Assembly: GCA_043753995.1 (NCBI GenBank)
Contig: JAYUVP010000355.1
Location: forward strand, 1-41,144
Direction: 5' to 3'
DNA length: 41,144 bases
Source of the DNA: Fibrobacterota bacterium
GTDB lineage: Bacteria > Fibrobacterota > Fibrobacteria > UBA11236
A program made the position numbers and the translations under genes. Every line of letters starts with the position of its first letter. Position 1 is the first letter of the stretch. Shown piece by piece: positions 23,041-33,600 of this stretch. The notes under the pieces are model-generated. The model was not told the DNA's origin. It ran no database searches and saw nothing but the letters and a program-made list of their open reading frames with translations.

Positions 23041-25428
23041 ATGAAACCCAAAGTAATCGAAACCTTGGGTAGATGTCCTTTTATACCGACATTTCATTTC
23101 ATAAAAATTAAATGTATACTGCCCATACTTTTGATCGCGCTTAATCCCATGTCCGCGTTGTCTATAGAAAAATCAGTCGTGGATATGGACCTTTGGGAGT
23201 TGGCTAATTTACAAGTTTCCCCCTTTTACGTGAACTTCAACTTGGACCAGGGGTATCGCGCGTCGAATTCAGTATCGGGCTCCCGATTCGACGCACCTAT
23301 CAAGGATTTGCCATTTGCCATCCAAGCCTTTACCAAATCCTTCATCAACGACCAAAAGCCCGGAAATGTTTTCGACATTGCTCGGTTCTCTCCTGGCGTT
23401 ACTTATCGCAGTAATGACTTCAATGAAGGAAATGCGAACCTTGCCATTCGCGGTTTCACCATAGGATCTCTTGCCGGCGGAAATATCCAGATATTGCGCG
23501 ACGGGTTTAATGGTCCATCCATTTTCGATTTTACCAATATATCGCGCATGGAGGTAGTCAAAGGGCCTTCCTCATTTCTTTATGGGCAGGTTGCTCCGGG
23601 GGGAATCGTCAATATTATTACCAAAAGCCCCCAGGCTGAGTTTAGAGCTACAGGAAGCGCCCGATACGGATCTTACAATCAGTATCGCTGCGAAACCGAT
23701 ATAACGGGACCCGCCATGAAAAATATTTACTATAGGCTGGCCTCTTCCTATGACCATGATATGGAATATTGGAAACCTTATGATTCCCACTCCCTGAATA
23801 TTTCTCCGTCTTTGCTTTGGGAGCCCCACCCTCGCGTGGGTATTTCCCTTAAATATGAGAACTATTCAAAGGAAGAAGAGCCGCAAGTCATGCAAAAACC
23901 AGGCTATAATACCCAGTCTGGATTGGTGCCTACCGCAAAAGACCCGAACCTGTCGGGGATAGATGTCCCGGGATTACCCAACAATTGGAATAGCATGTCG
24001 AATATCGACTTCCGTCGGAGCGAATCCCATGGACTGAGCTCATGGATAGACGTGAAAGCCAGTGACAACTGGAATCTTCGTGCGGGATATTCGCTTCAAA
24101 AGTACGAGATTGACGCGCTTTTTTCCGGGAATTTAGGCATGAGCAATAATACAACGTATTTACAGGGGCGTCGCTTGAGGCGTCAAGTCTATTCCAATGA
24201 CGACCATACCTTTAAGCTGGATGCGGCTGGAAAATATGACCTTGGTTGGACCCGTCTTCGCTTGCTTATTGGGGGCCAATACACCGACCGCCGACTTGAA
24301 AGATCGGCTGGCCAAGCACCTCCTGACACGACGCTAGGGAGTAATCCTATCGCATCGCCGCTGCCGCTATGGGATTTACGCAATCCCTCTACCTGGAATC
24401 GTGACATTGCAATTCCTCTAGACTCTCTCACCCATAGCCGGTTTGAGCAAATGGCTGACTATACAGACAAGTCCGCGAATGCAGGAATCACTATTGGATT
24501 CTTAAATGACAGACTGCTCCTTCTATCCGGCGGGCGCTATACTTGGACGATTAGCACAGATAACCGGGCCGAGGGCGAAATCAAATCGCCACACCCTGAA
24601 GTCGCCGCAGGCATGGTCACTCCTCAATACGGCTTGCTATACAAACCCATTCGAGAGGTCTCGCTATTCCTCTCCTATTCTGAATCCTTTGTCCCTGGAA
24701 CCATTTATAAGGGTAATGTGGATGGCACATCCTCTCCCGCCAAGGCGACGAGGGGATATGGCTACGATGCCGGTGTTAAATCGGATTTAATGAATGGCCG
24801 CATATCCGGTACACTTTCGTACTTCGACATTACTAACAAGAATATTTTAAATGATCTTACCACAACCAATGACGACGGCACAATAACGCAATATTCCGTT
24901 GGAAGCGGAGAACAACGGTCCAACGGGGTTGAAGTGGATGTCACCGTAACCGCCTTGCAAAACCTCCAACTATACGCTTCATACAGTTTTATGAATGCCC
25001 GGATTACCAAGTTCAGTGAAAATGATGAGGCGATTCTTGCCCAGGATACGAATACGCTGGATGCCGCAGGAAGGGCCAATTACAAGACGGTAAACCGGTT
25101 CCATAACGCGCCTTTGCAAATGAGCGCCCCGCACCTGGCTAATCTATGGGCGCGTTACGATTTTTCGCAGAATGGGATAAAAGGGGTTTATTGCGCGGGC
25201 GGGGCCAATTTCGTTTATGACCAGACCCTTCTACCCGATGGCCCTCTGTCATCCCACCAGACATACGCGCTTGTAAATGCAGTATTGGGCTATAAGTGGG
25301 TGTATCGCAAGATGAATATGAGCGCGGATGCTATGGGCAAGAACTTGGCGAATGAGAGTTACCGACCTTCGCAAAGCACACGAAGCCGCCCGCTTGAACT
25401 TCTTCTTTCCTTTACGGCCCAGATTTGA
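23041..25428 (+). CDS. TonB-dependent receptor
   Basis: Plug GYRASNSVSGSRFDAPIKDLP; IRGF; NISRMEVVKGPSSFLYG..APGGIVNIITK; barrel strands; C-terminal NL.NE.Y...[12 protein letters not shown]. Exact start uncertain. Confidence 0.92.
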   Translation: MKPKVIETLGRCPFIPTFHFIKIKCILPILLIALNPMSALSIEKSVVDMDLWELANLQVSPFYVNFNLDQGYRASNSVSGSRFDAPIKDLPFAIQAFTKSFINDQKPGNVFDIARFSPGVTYRSNDFNEGNANLAIRGFTIGSLAGGNIQILRDGFNGPSIFDFTNISRMEVVKGPSSFLYGQVAPGGIVNIITKSPQAEFRATGSARYGSYNQYRCETDITGPAMKNIYYRLASSYDHDMEYWKPYDSHSLNISPSLLWEPHPRVGISLKYENYSKEEEPQVMQKPGYNTQSGLVPTAKDPNLSGIDVPGLPNNWNSMSNIDFRRSESHGLSSWIDVKASDNWNLRAGYSLQKYEIDALFSGNLGMSNNTTYLQGRRLRRQVYSNDDHTFKLDAAGKYDLGWTRLRLLIGGQYTDRRLERSAGQAPPDTTLGSNPIASPLPLWDLRNPSTWNRDIAIPLDSLTHSRFEQMADYTDKSANAGITIGFLNDRLLLLSGGRYTWTISTDNRAEGEIKSPHPEVAAGMVTPQYGLLYKPIREVSLFLSYSESFVPGTIYKGNVDGTSSPAKATRGYGYDAGVKSDLMNGRISGTLSYFDITNKNILNDLTTTNDDGTITQYSVGSGEQRSNGVEVDVTVTALQNLQLYASYSFMNARITKFSENDEAILAQDTNTLDAAGRANYKTVNRFHNAPLQMSAPHLANLWARYDFSQNGIKGVYCAGGANFVYDQTLLPDGPLSSHQTYALVNAVLGYKWVYRKMNMSADAMGKNLANESYRPSQSTRSRPLELLLSFTAQI

Positions 25429-27287
25429 ATTTATTCAATAGGTATGTGCTTGGCGTGTGTACAGGTGTTCTGCTATTTTCCGGAAAAACCTATTCGCAGC
25501 CGTTTCATCGCGAAGAAATAATAGCCGCCTATCTATTCAATTTTGCCAAAAACATCGAATGGCGGAATGAAGAACGGATTTCGGAATTTCACTTTTTGAT
25601 CATCAGTGACGATGAATTAATCAACCGTGAAATGGCGAAAATTTCCTCATCCAAAAAATTAAAAGGCAAACCTATCAGGATCACCCTCTCCGAATCCATC
25701 ATTATTCCCAAAGACATCGAACTTATTTTCATCACTCGTGGTTTGAAAGATTTGACGGAACCGGTTTTCCGACGCATTGAAGGCCAAAATTTGCTGCTGA
25801 TTACGGACGGATTTGAGGATAAACGAAGGGTTATGATAAACCTTGTAGGAACGAAGGATAATACGATTAAGTTCGAAATCAACAAGGCAAATATCCTCAA
25901 TCAGAACTTAAAGGTTCTACCGGATATGGTGCTTCTCGGTGGCACCGAAATTGACGTGGCAAAACTGTACAAAGAATCGCAGGACACCCTACGCATCAAA
26001 GAAGTGAAACTATCGAAGCTGCAGCAACGCCTAGATTCGCTCCACCTCAAGATTGAAAGGTCCCGCAAGGAAATCGATAAACAAAACCTGCTTATCGAAC
26101 AACAGAACCAGCTCGTCGGACAACAAAGCCAGCTCATTGGACAACAGAGCCAAGACATTGCAGAACAAAAACAAAGCATTCTGAAGCAAAAACACCAACT
26201 AGCGAAGCAACGAGATACATTATCCCGACAGACCGGCTTACTATACGAAAGCCAACAAATTCTTAAACAGCAGCAAAGGGAAATCGAAAGCGGGAAAGCC
26301 GTTCTTTCAACTCAGCAGGGGGAAATCGACAGACAGAGTGCCTCCATCCTTAGACAAAACAAAGTACTTGAGGAACAGGGCACGACTATTGCGAATCAGG
26401 AAAATATTCAACACTTTCTTATCCTGATTATCATTTTGGTCATAGGATTATCCTATGCCATATACCGAAGTTATAGAATAAAAAAACTGTCGAACAAACA
26501 ATTGCAGCAGCAAGAAAAACAGATCAAAATCCTAAACCAGGATTTGCAGGAACGTGCGGGTGCCCTTGAAGCCGCAAACAAAGAGCTGGAGGCATTCTCT
26601 TATTCCGTCTCTCACGATCTCCGCGCTCCTTTGCGAAGTATCGACGGATTCAGCCAGGCCATAATTGAAGATTACGAGGACAAAATCGATGACCGGGGCA
26701 AGGATTTTCTCAGGCGCGTGCGGGCCGCCGCGCAGCGCATGGCACGCCTCATTGACGACATGCTGGATTTATCGATGGTGACCCGGAATGAAATGGTCTA
26801 TCGGGAAATCGACTTGAGCGGCATGGCGAGGGAAATCGCGGAAAATTTGCGTATGCAACAACCCGAGCGGCGGGTTGACTTTGTCATCCAGCCCGACTTA
26901 AAGGCAAGTGGAGATGAGCATCTACTCCAGATTGTATTGGAAAACTTATTCAATAACTCATGGAAGTATACTTCGAAACATCTTGCGGCGCGCATTGAGT
27001 TCGGTTTGAGGATTATCGAACATAAGCAAGCTTTCTTCGTGGAGGATGACGGCGCTGGATTCGAGATGAAGTATGCGCAAAAACTCTTTGGCGCGTTTCA
27101 GCGCATGCATACTACCGATGAATTTCCAGGTACGGGCGTCGGTTTGGCAACGGTACAGAGAATCATTCACCGGCATGGCGGTTTAGTATGGGCGGAAAGC
27201 GAAATCGAAAAAGGCGCGACCTTCTATTTTTCCATTCCCGCAAAGGAGGATGCCAATGTTCAATCAAAAATCGATTTTACTGGTTGA
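25425..27287 (+). CDS. YfiR/HmsC (DUF4154) domain - coiled coil - TM - histidine kinase fusion
   Basis: [20 protein letters not shown]...MINL, IKFEINK.N....LK (YfiR); Q/E/K heptads; [49 protein letters not shown]. Start overlaps the TBDR stop. Confidence 0.9.
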   Translation: MNLFNRYVLGVCTGVLLFSGKTYSQPFHREEIIAAYLFNFAKNIEWRNEERISEFHFLIISDDELINREMAKISSSKKLKGKPIRITLSESIIIPKDIELIFITRGLKDLTEPVFRRIEGQNLLLITDGFEDKRRVMINLVGTKDNTIKFEINKANILNQNLKVLPDMVLLGGTEIDVAKLYKESQDTLRIKEVKLSKLQQRLDSLHLKIERSRKEIDKQNLLIEQQNQLVGQQSQLIGQQSQDIAEQKQSILKQKHQLAKQRDTLSRQTGLLYESQQILKQQQREIESGKAVLSTQQGEIDRQSASILRQNKVLEEQGTTIANQENIQHFLILIIILVIGLSYAIYRSYRIKKLSNKQLQQQEKQIKILNQDLQERAGALEAANKELEAFSYSVSHDLRAPLRSIDGFSQAIIEDYEDKIDDRGKDFLRRVRAAAQRMARLIDDMLDLSMVTRNEMVYREIDLSGMAREIAENLRMQQPERRVDFVIQPDLKASGDEHLLQIVLENLFNNSWKYTSKHLAARIEFGLRIIEHKQAFFVEDDGAGFEMKYAQKLFGAFQRMHTTDEFPGTGVGLATVQRIIHRHGGLVWAESEIEKGATFYFSIPAKEDANVQSKIDFTG

Positions 27288-27711
27288 AGACAATCCCGAT
27301 GACATTGAATTAACGATGCGGGCATTGAAAAAAAACAATATTAAAAATGAAATCATCGTGGCAAAAGATGGAGCGGAAGCCCTGGATTTTCTTTTTGGCA
27401 CGGGAAAGCATGAGGGGCGCGATCTCAAGGATATGCCTACCCTCATTTTGCTTGATCTAAAACTCCCGAAAATGGATGGCCTGGAAGTGCTGCAGACGAT
27501 TCGGTCCAACGATCGGACGCGCTTTCTTCCCGTAGTTATCCTTACGTCATCGAAAGAAGAACAGGACTTAATGCGTGGCTACTCTTTGGGCACAAACAGC
27601 TACGTACGGAAACCCATTGACTTCAATGAGTTTACGAAAGCGGTCGGCTTAATCGGATTGTACTGGTTGCTAATCAACGAATCGCCGCCAGCCACCGGAG
27701 AAATCCAATGA
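27256..27711 (+). CDS. Single-domain response regulator (Rcp1-like)
   Basis: [50 protein letters not shown]. Confidence 0.92.
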   Translation: MFNQKSILLVEDNPDDIELTMRALKKNNIKNEIIVAKDGAEALDFLFGTGKHEGRDLKDMPTLILLDLKLPKMDGLEVLQTIRSNDRTRFLPVVILTSSKEEQDLMRGYSLGTNSYVRKPIDFNEFTKAVGLIGLYWLLINESPPATGEIQ

Positions 27712-29261
27712 AAACCCTGCTGCGGACCCTAATTGTTGAGGATTCAGCGGATGACGCTTTATTGGCGATTCGTCATATGGAAATTGGAAATTATCAAATT
27801 GTGCATGAGATTGTACAAACCGCGGAAAAAATGACGCTATCCCTGAAAGAAAAATCTTGGGATGTGATCTTGTGTGACTATCAAATGCCCCACTTCAACG
27901 GCTTCGAAGCACTAGAAATTTTAAAACGATCAGGGCTGGACATCCCCTTTATCATCATCTCCGGGACTATCGGCGAAGAAATCGCGGTAGAGTGCATGAA
28001 AGCCGGTGCGGATGATTATCTCATCAAAGGGCATTTGACCCGGTTGATTCCCGCTATCGAAAGGGGACTCCGGGAAGCCAAAAACCGATCCGCACGAATT
28101 GAATTGGAACGCGAGCTTCTCCAATCGCAGAAATTCGAAAGCCTTGGAACACTTGCCAGCGGCATCGCCCACGATTTCAATAATATCCTCGCTATTATTC
28201 TCGGCTATTCCAGTCTCGGCGAGCAGGGAGCCATGACGCACCAGCCAGACTTGATTAAATGCTTTGAGTCGATTTCCCTGGCTTCTCAGCGTGGTGCATT
28301 ACTAGTAAGCCAATTGCTGACTTTCGCGCGAAAGACGGAAACGGTATTTCAATCCACAAAGGTTAATACCCTCATCCTGGAGACCACTTCGCTTTTTAGC
28401 GAAACCTTTCCTAAAACCATCTCAATATCCACTCACCTGCAAAAGGATATTCCCAGTATCGTGGCGGATATTTCGCAACTTCACCAAATTCTTATGAATC
28501 TTTGCATTAATGCCAGGGATGCGATGCCGACGGGCGGAACTTTAACGATCGCGACCTTGCTTTTGGATAATGCCATCGTCAAATCCAAATATTCCAAAGC
28601 CATCGCAAGGCAGTATCTGGAAATCAAGATTTCCGATACCGGAAGCGGTATGGATGAAAATACGAAAAGGAAAATATTTGATCCGTTTTTCACCACCAAG
28701 GAACCGGGCAAGGGAACCGGTTTGGGGCTTGCGCTCGTGCATTCGATCATAGAAAACCACCATGGAATGATTGATGTGGAAAGCGAACTTGGGAAAGGAA
28801 CCACCTTTCATCTTTATTTTCCAATTGAAGAGTCCGTTATAGAATTTACCGAACCCGCACAAAACGTTCGGGATATGGCGTACGAAGGAAAAGAAACGGT
28901 TCTTCTCATCGAAGATGAAGTTTTAATTGTGGATATGGTGCAAACCGTCTTGATGGGTAAGGGGTATAACGTTTTGCACGCTCGGGACGGCGAAGAAGGG
29001 ATTGCGATGTTTTCGCGTCTTCATAAAGAAATCGCGGTTGTGATTTTGGACTATGGCCTGCCTAAATTACGTGGAGATGAAGTGGCTCTCCGCATGAAAA
29101 CCATGGATCCCAAGGTCAAAATTATTGTTATGAGCGGTTTTTTTGACCCGGAGATAAAAACGAATATGACAAGAATTGGAGTCAACCGGTTTATTCAAAA
29201 ACCATTCACCTTCGTGAATCTGGCCGATAACCTACGCTCCGTTATCGATGAAAAAACCTGA
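27708..29261 (+). CDS. Cytoplasmic hybrid histidine kinase (REC-HisKA-HATPase-REC)
   Basis: LIVEDSADD...[47 protein letters not shown]...LDYGLP...KP. ATGA overlap with the preceding gene. Confidence 0.92.
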   Translation: MKTLLRTLIVEDSADDALLAIRHMEIGNYQIVHEIVQTAEKMTLSLKEKSWDVILCDYQMPHFNGFEALEILKRSGLDIPFIIISGTIGEEIAVECMKAGADDYLIKGHLTRLIPAIERGLREAKNRSARIELERELLQSQKFESLGTLASGIAHDFNNILAIILGYSSLGEQGAMTHQPDLIKCFESISLASQRGALLVSQLLTFARKTETVFQSTKVNTLILETTSLFSETFPKTISISTHLQKDIPSIVADISQLHQILMNLCINARDAMPTGGTLTIATLLLDNAIVKSKYSKAIARQYLEIKISDTGSGMDENTKRKIFDPFFTTKEPGKGTGLGLALVHSIIENHHGMIDVESELGKGTTFHLYFPIEESVIEFTEPAQNVRDMAYEGKETVLLIEDEVLIVDMVQTVLMGKGYNVLHARDGEEGIAMFSRLHKEIAVVILDYGLPKLRGDEVALRMKTMDPKVKIIVMSGFFDPEIKTNMTRIGVNRFIQKPFTFVNLADNLRSVIDEKT

Positions 29262-29278
29262 CTTCCAATTTGCGTCTT

Positions 29279-30028
29279 TTATTTCGAGAGAATCAAATCG
29301 ACTTTTTGGCCTTTGAGGGGGGAACCCGCCGGAGGATCTTGCTCCAAAACCGTATTCGGCAAACTGCGTGCCTCTTTGCGGCTGGTGGTTTTGCCGAGGC
29401 TCAAACCCAGGTCCGCCAGCTTTTCCTTGGCTTGGGACAAAGACAAACCCTTTAGCGAAGGCAGGGTGGTCGGCACCGCCCTGCCGCCCATGGAAATCTG
29501 GATGCGCACCAGCCGACCGGTCTCGACCTTGGCCCCGGCCGGGGGTACGGTGCCGATAATGGCGCCGCTGGGAATATTGGCATGCAACACTTCGTCGATA
29601 CGGCCCACCTTGAGTCCGGCTTGCTGCAGGGTGATTTCACCCTGGCGCATGGAAAGTCCGCGTAATTGCGGCACATCGACGGCCTTGAAACCCTTGCTCA
29701 CCTTTACCCAGACGCGGCGGCCTTGCTTGACCACGGTGCCTGCGGCAGGGAATTGCGAGAGAATATGCCCGGCGGGAATGTCCTGGGAATAGTCGCCTGT
29801 GCTGTCGAGCATGTATTCGATTTTGAGCTTGTCGAGCTGCGATTCGGCCTCTTCGGCTTTAAGGCCTATCAAGGCAGGCACGGCCGAAGTCGGCGTGTAT
29901 TGGCCGGTTACGGCGGGCATGACCCAATAGTCGGCAATGACATAAATCACGGCGAGAATGGCCAGCCATACCAAGGCCGCCACAAAGAAAGGACGCGAAA
30001 GCAAACGCGGAAGAGACATAAGACTCAA
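29279..30028 (-). CDS. PASTA-domain membrane protein (three PASTA repeats)
   Basis: N-terminal TM; repeats VP.L.G.....A...L....L...G.I..Q.P.AG..V..G..V...SKG. Confidence 0.9.
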   Translation of the reverse strand: MSLMSLPRLLSRPFFVAALVWLAILAVIYVIADYWVMPAVTGQYTPTSAVPALIGLKAEEAESQLDKLKIEYMLDSTGDYSQDIPAGHILSQFPAAGTVVKQGRRVWVKVSKGFKAVDVPQLRGLSMRQGEITLQQAGLKVGRIDEVLHANIPSGAIIGTVPPAGAKVETGRLVRIQISMGGRAVPTTLPSLKGLSLSQAKEKLADLGLSLGKTTSRKEARSLPNTVLEQDPPAGSPLKGQKVDLILSK

Positions 30029-30049
30029 AACTACCTTTCGCTGACCTTT

Positions 30050-30520
30050 ATGAGCTCATCCAAAGACGCCAGTTTTCGCGCCAATGCCGGTTTATTAGTT
30101 CTAAACGCCGAAGGCCTGGTTTTGGCCGTCGAGCGCGGCGACCGCCCCGGCGCTTGGCAATTGCCCCAAGGCGGCATTGAAGCCGATGAAACCGCCCTGG
30201 TCGCAGCCTATCGCGAACTCGAAGAAGAAACCGGCCTGAGACCGGCCGAGGTCACCCTGCTTGCGGAAGTGCCCGGCTGGCTGGTTTATGAATTGCCACC
30301 CGAGTGGCGTCGCGCCAAAACCGGCTTGGGTCAAGCCCAGAAGTGGTTTGTCTTTCGCCATGCACCCAAGCCCAAGGCCGACTGGAAAGTCGGCCCTTTG
30401 CCCGCAGGGGGAGAGAATAGCGCCACCGCCTGGATGCCGCTCGCGGATCTCAAGGCACGTGTCCCCGAATTCAGGCGGGCGATATACGCGGCGCTCGAGG
30501 TGTTTTTGGCGAAAGTGTAG
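30050..30520 (+). CDS. rppH: RNA pyrophosphohydrolase (Nudix)
   Basis: FRANAG, WQLPQGGIEADET...AAYRELEEETGL Nudix box, WL.YELP, GQAQKWF, EFRR.IY. Confidence 0.85.
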   Translation: MSSSKDASFRANAGLLVLNAEGLVLAVERGDRPGAWQLPQGGIEADETALVAAYRELEEETGLRPAEVTLLAEVPGWLVYELPPEWRRAKTGLGQAQKWFVFRHAPKPKADWKVGPLPAGGENSATAWMPLADLKARVPEFRRAIYAALEVFLAKV

Positions 30521-30558
30521 ACTCTGGCGCAGGGCGGGGGAAGTAGGGCTCGTGAAAT

Positions 30559-30577
30559 TTTGCAATCGGATTGCAAA
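30559..30577. promoter_or_regulatory. Perfect inverted repeat TTTGCAATC-G-GATTGCAAA
   Basis: 9-1-9 palindrome between convergent genes at the left edge of the lower-GC block. Confidence 0.4.
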
Positions 30578-30642
30578 TCATCCACAATACCCGCATGCAC
30601 CCTAGGATATTGAAGAAATTCAAAGAGCACCATTACTCTTCT

Positions 30643-33600
30643 TTATCGAAAACCTTTCCTGGGCATTTTCAATTCTTTTGTTAGCAAGGAATTCGTGACA
30701 AACTTTTCATTAATAAAAGTTCTGGACTTCAAATCGCTTTCTTGGAAACCAGGTACTTCCAATTCTAAAAAATCGTTCATATTCAATCCGATAGGCTCAA
30801 GCGCATTCAAGCTGAAGGCAAAGCGATAGGATCCCGATTGCCCAGGGCGTAATAATCGGCCACCGAAGGGCTTGAGTCCGTCGAATGAAACGAATTCATT
30901 GGCATCATCTTCAACCTGAAATTTGGCTTCGAGGCGAATGCCATACAAATGCATGGAATCTGCGGATCCGATCGAGATATTCGGCAAGGTTTCTGATGGC
31001 TGCAATAAGACCGAGCGCGGCGACACCGCTTTCATCAGCGCATTGAAATCGCCCTTGAATTGTCCAGGATCTTTGGATTGATTCGACAAAATCTCGACAA
31101 TGTCCACATCGTATTCCGGCCCGGCGGTGTCAATGCCGCTCAATTCCTTGACCGCGATTTTTCCGGGAACCTTGACCGGATGTCGCCCTTTATACATGTC
31201 CGTGACATACGGCGCGCCAATGAGGATGACCATGGTGAATGGAGCATTCCAAGAGAAGTGCGACGTCATACTCGCCGTAAATTCCGTCCCTCCACCTGGC
31301 TGGCTCAAGACCTTGAAACCCTTGCCGGCATTGACCCATAAGCCGAGTATCCTTGGCGGCTTCTGAAAGTTGATGAAGAGGGGGTCATAACGATTTTCCG
31401 ACGTTTTGTTTTCCAAAAATTTGCGATCGAGCACCATTTCAGCGCATAGAGGATCTTTCCAAGGAACCGCTACATTCAGCTTAGGCGGGTGCATGGTGTA
31501 GTCCCCCTCTTCAAATGCAGTGTCGCCGATTTTGGCCACAAAGGACATTTCCATACAGGGATTCGCAGCAATGGCAATAAAACCGAATGGCTTGAACCCC
31601 AATCGAGGCTCATTGCGAAAGAAATAAAAGGGCCTGAGATCGCATACGAACTTTTTGGCGCCGCCAGAGGACTTGGAGTCCACCGCTGACTTCAGCGGAG
31701 CATTCATCTCGTTTTCATCGAGCCTTAAAAAAGCCTCATAGGAGACGAAATAACCCTTATAAATCGGGCCTTCGGTGTCGGGAAAGGTATCGGTTCGAAT
31801 GCATTGCAAGGAAACGGGCAAGCCTGAGAAGTCGCCTTGTCCATCAAATTCCAATAAGCAGCGCACCGAATCTACTGCAGTGATGGTGGCTGGATTTTGC
31901 ACCGTGCCCGAAAGGGTTTGCCATTTTCCGCCCGACATGGTTTGAATATGCAGACTGAATTTGCCGACCTTGCGCGCACCCGAATAATTCACACAAAATG
32001 CGCGGGCGAAATCTTCGCTGTTCTGAGATTCACGAACATGAATAGGAAATGATTTTTGAAAGTGAAGCCGAAAGCCGTTTTTAAGAAATCCTTTTGAAGT
32101 ATAGATGTGCTGCCACTTTTCCACCTTATTGCCCCTGCACCACATCCAAGCTTGGGCCAGACTTACCCCCAATTGAACGGGAACATCCTTATTGCCGTTG
32201 AGAATAAAGTGAGTGATATATTCGCTGATGGCGTATTCTTTCACTTTTTCTTCGAATTTTCCTGATTTCGATCCGGCATCCTCAAAGCGCGTGCCGCAGC
32301 GATCGATCAATTCCACCAGGCCAATCAGCACATGCAAGCGCAGGCGGTATTGCAATTCAATATCCTTGTCTAATTCCTCCGGCGATTTGCCTCTTTGTCG
32401 ACTCCAAATTGCCCGGGCATTCACCATACCCAGCTCCCACAAGGCGCTGGCGCGATCTTGCCTGGCGAAATAGTCGGCGAAAAGCGAATGGAAATATTTT
32501 CGATCGAGATAGCCGCCCAGGCTTTTTCCCGCCGAGGTCGCCACTTCCACGCCTTCCTTGACGAGCAAAATCATGCCACCGATTTCACCGACGACAGGCA
32601 CAAAGACCGAAAGGTTCAGCAGCATTTCCAGGCTGGCTGCCAAGGCTTCGCGCTGTTTTTCATCGAGCTTAAGGCTATGGCCGTCTAAAGCCTGACGAAA
32701 GGCTTCCAGCGTCTTTTCAGCCTCGAAATTCCACGACTCTCCGAATTTATTGCGGTAATTGCCGCAGGCTTCGTCAAACCGATCTCGAGCCAAGCCTTCA
32801 TGGCGTGAGACGTCGTAAACCTCTTTCCACGCCGAAACCAGGCCTTCGGCAGTCATAGCAATATTGAGGAGCGCCAGGCTTTGAGTCGCCATCTTGCCCT
32901 TGCCATTGAAAAGCTTATCGACCTCGGTGGCTTTCTTAGTGACCCCTATGCCCATAATCATTTCGGCTTCATAGGCTTTCAAATTTGACGAGGCCAGCCT
33001 AGCGGTATAATGAGAAGTTTTCCCCGCCGCAGCTTCCTTGGCCAATTGATCAATGGCAAAGTACTGCATAGCCGTGGCTCGATAAGCCTTTTTCAAAAAG
33101 TTACCGTCTATGACCTGGGTCAATACTTTATAGTTCGACGAGACTTTGTCGGCGATATCTAATTTCGTGCGTAGTTCTTTCCATTTTTTGGGGAACTCTT
33201 TGAAATAGGAATAGGCATTCCAGGAGTCGTTGACAATTTGAACAAAAGGATTCGACTTGCCCAATTCTGCGGATATAATATCCCATTGCTTTCCCAAGAT
33301 ATGCTGAAATAATTCATCTTCATCACAGTTGATGAATCCTGTCGCCAATTTCGCAACCTTTTGAGTGGTTTTGATGCGAGGAATGATCTTTTTCACTGCC
33401 AAGGGTGGAGCATCGGACTTGCCCTGAGCTTGAGCGTCTTTTTCCTCATAAAAGGTGCGATTCAAGTGCTCATAACGCTGGGCAAAACTGCGAATCAGAG
33501 TTTCTTCAATCGAATTCGAATGGAGGTAGTGTAAGTTAAAGTCACCGGCACTAGATTGTGTCGAAAAATGGATGGTGACAAATCCCTGATAAATGACCTT

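Noticed and set aside
29666..30049. N-terminal extension of rppH
   Set aside because: Antisense to the PASTA gene; Nudix similarity begins at ATG 30050.
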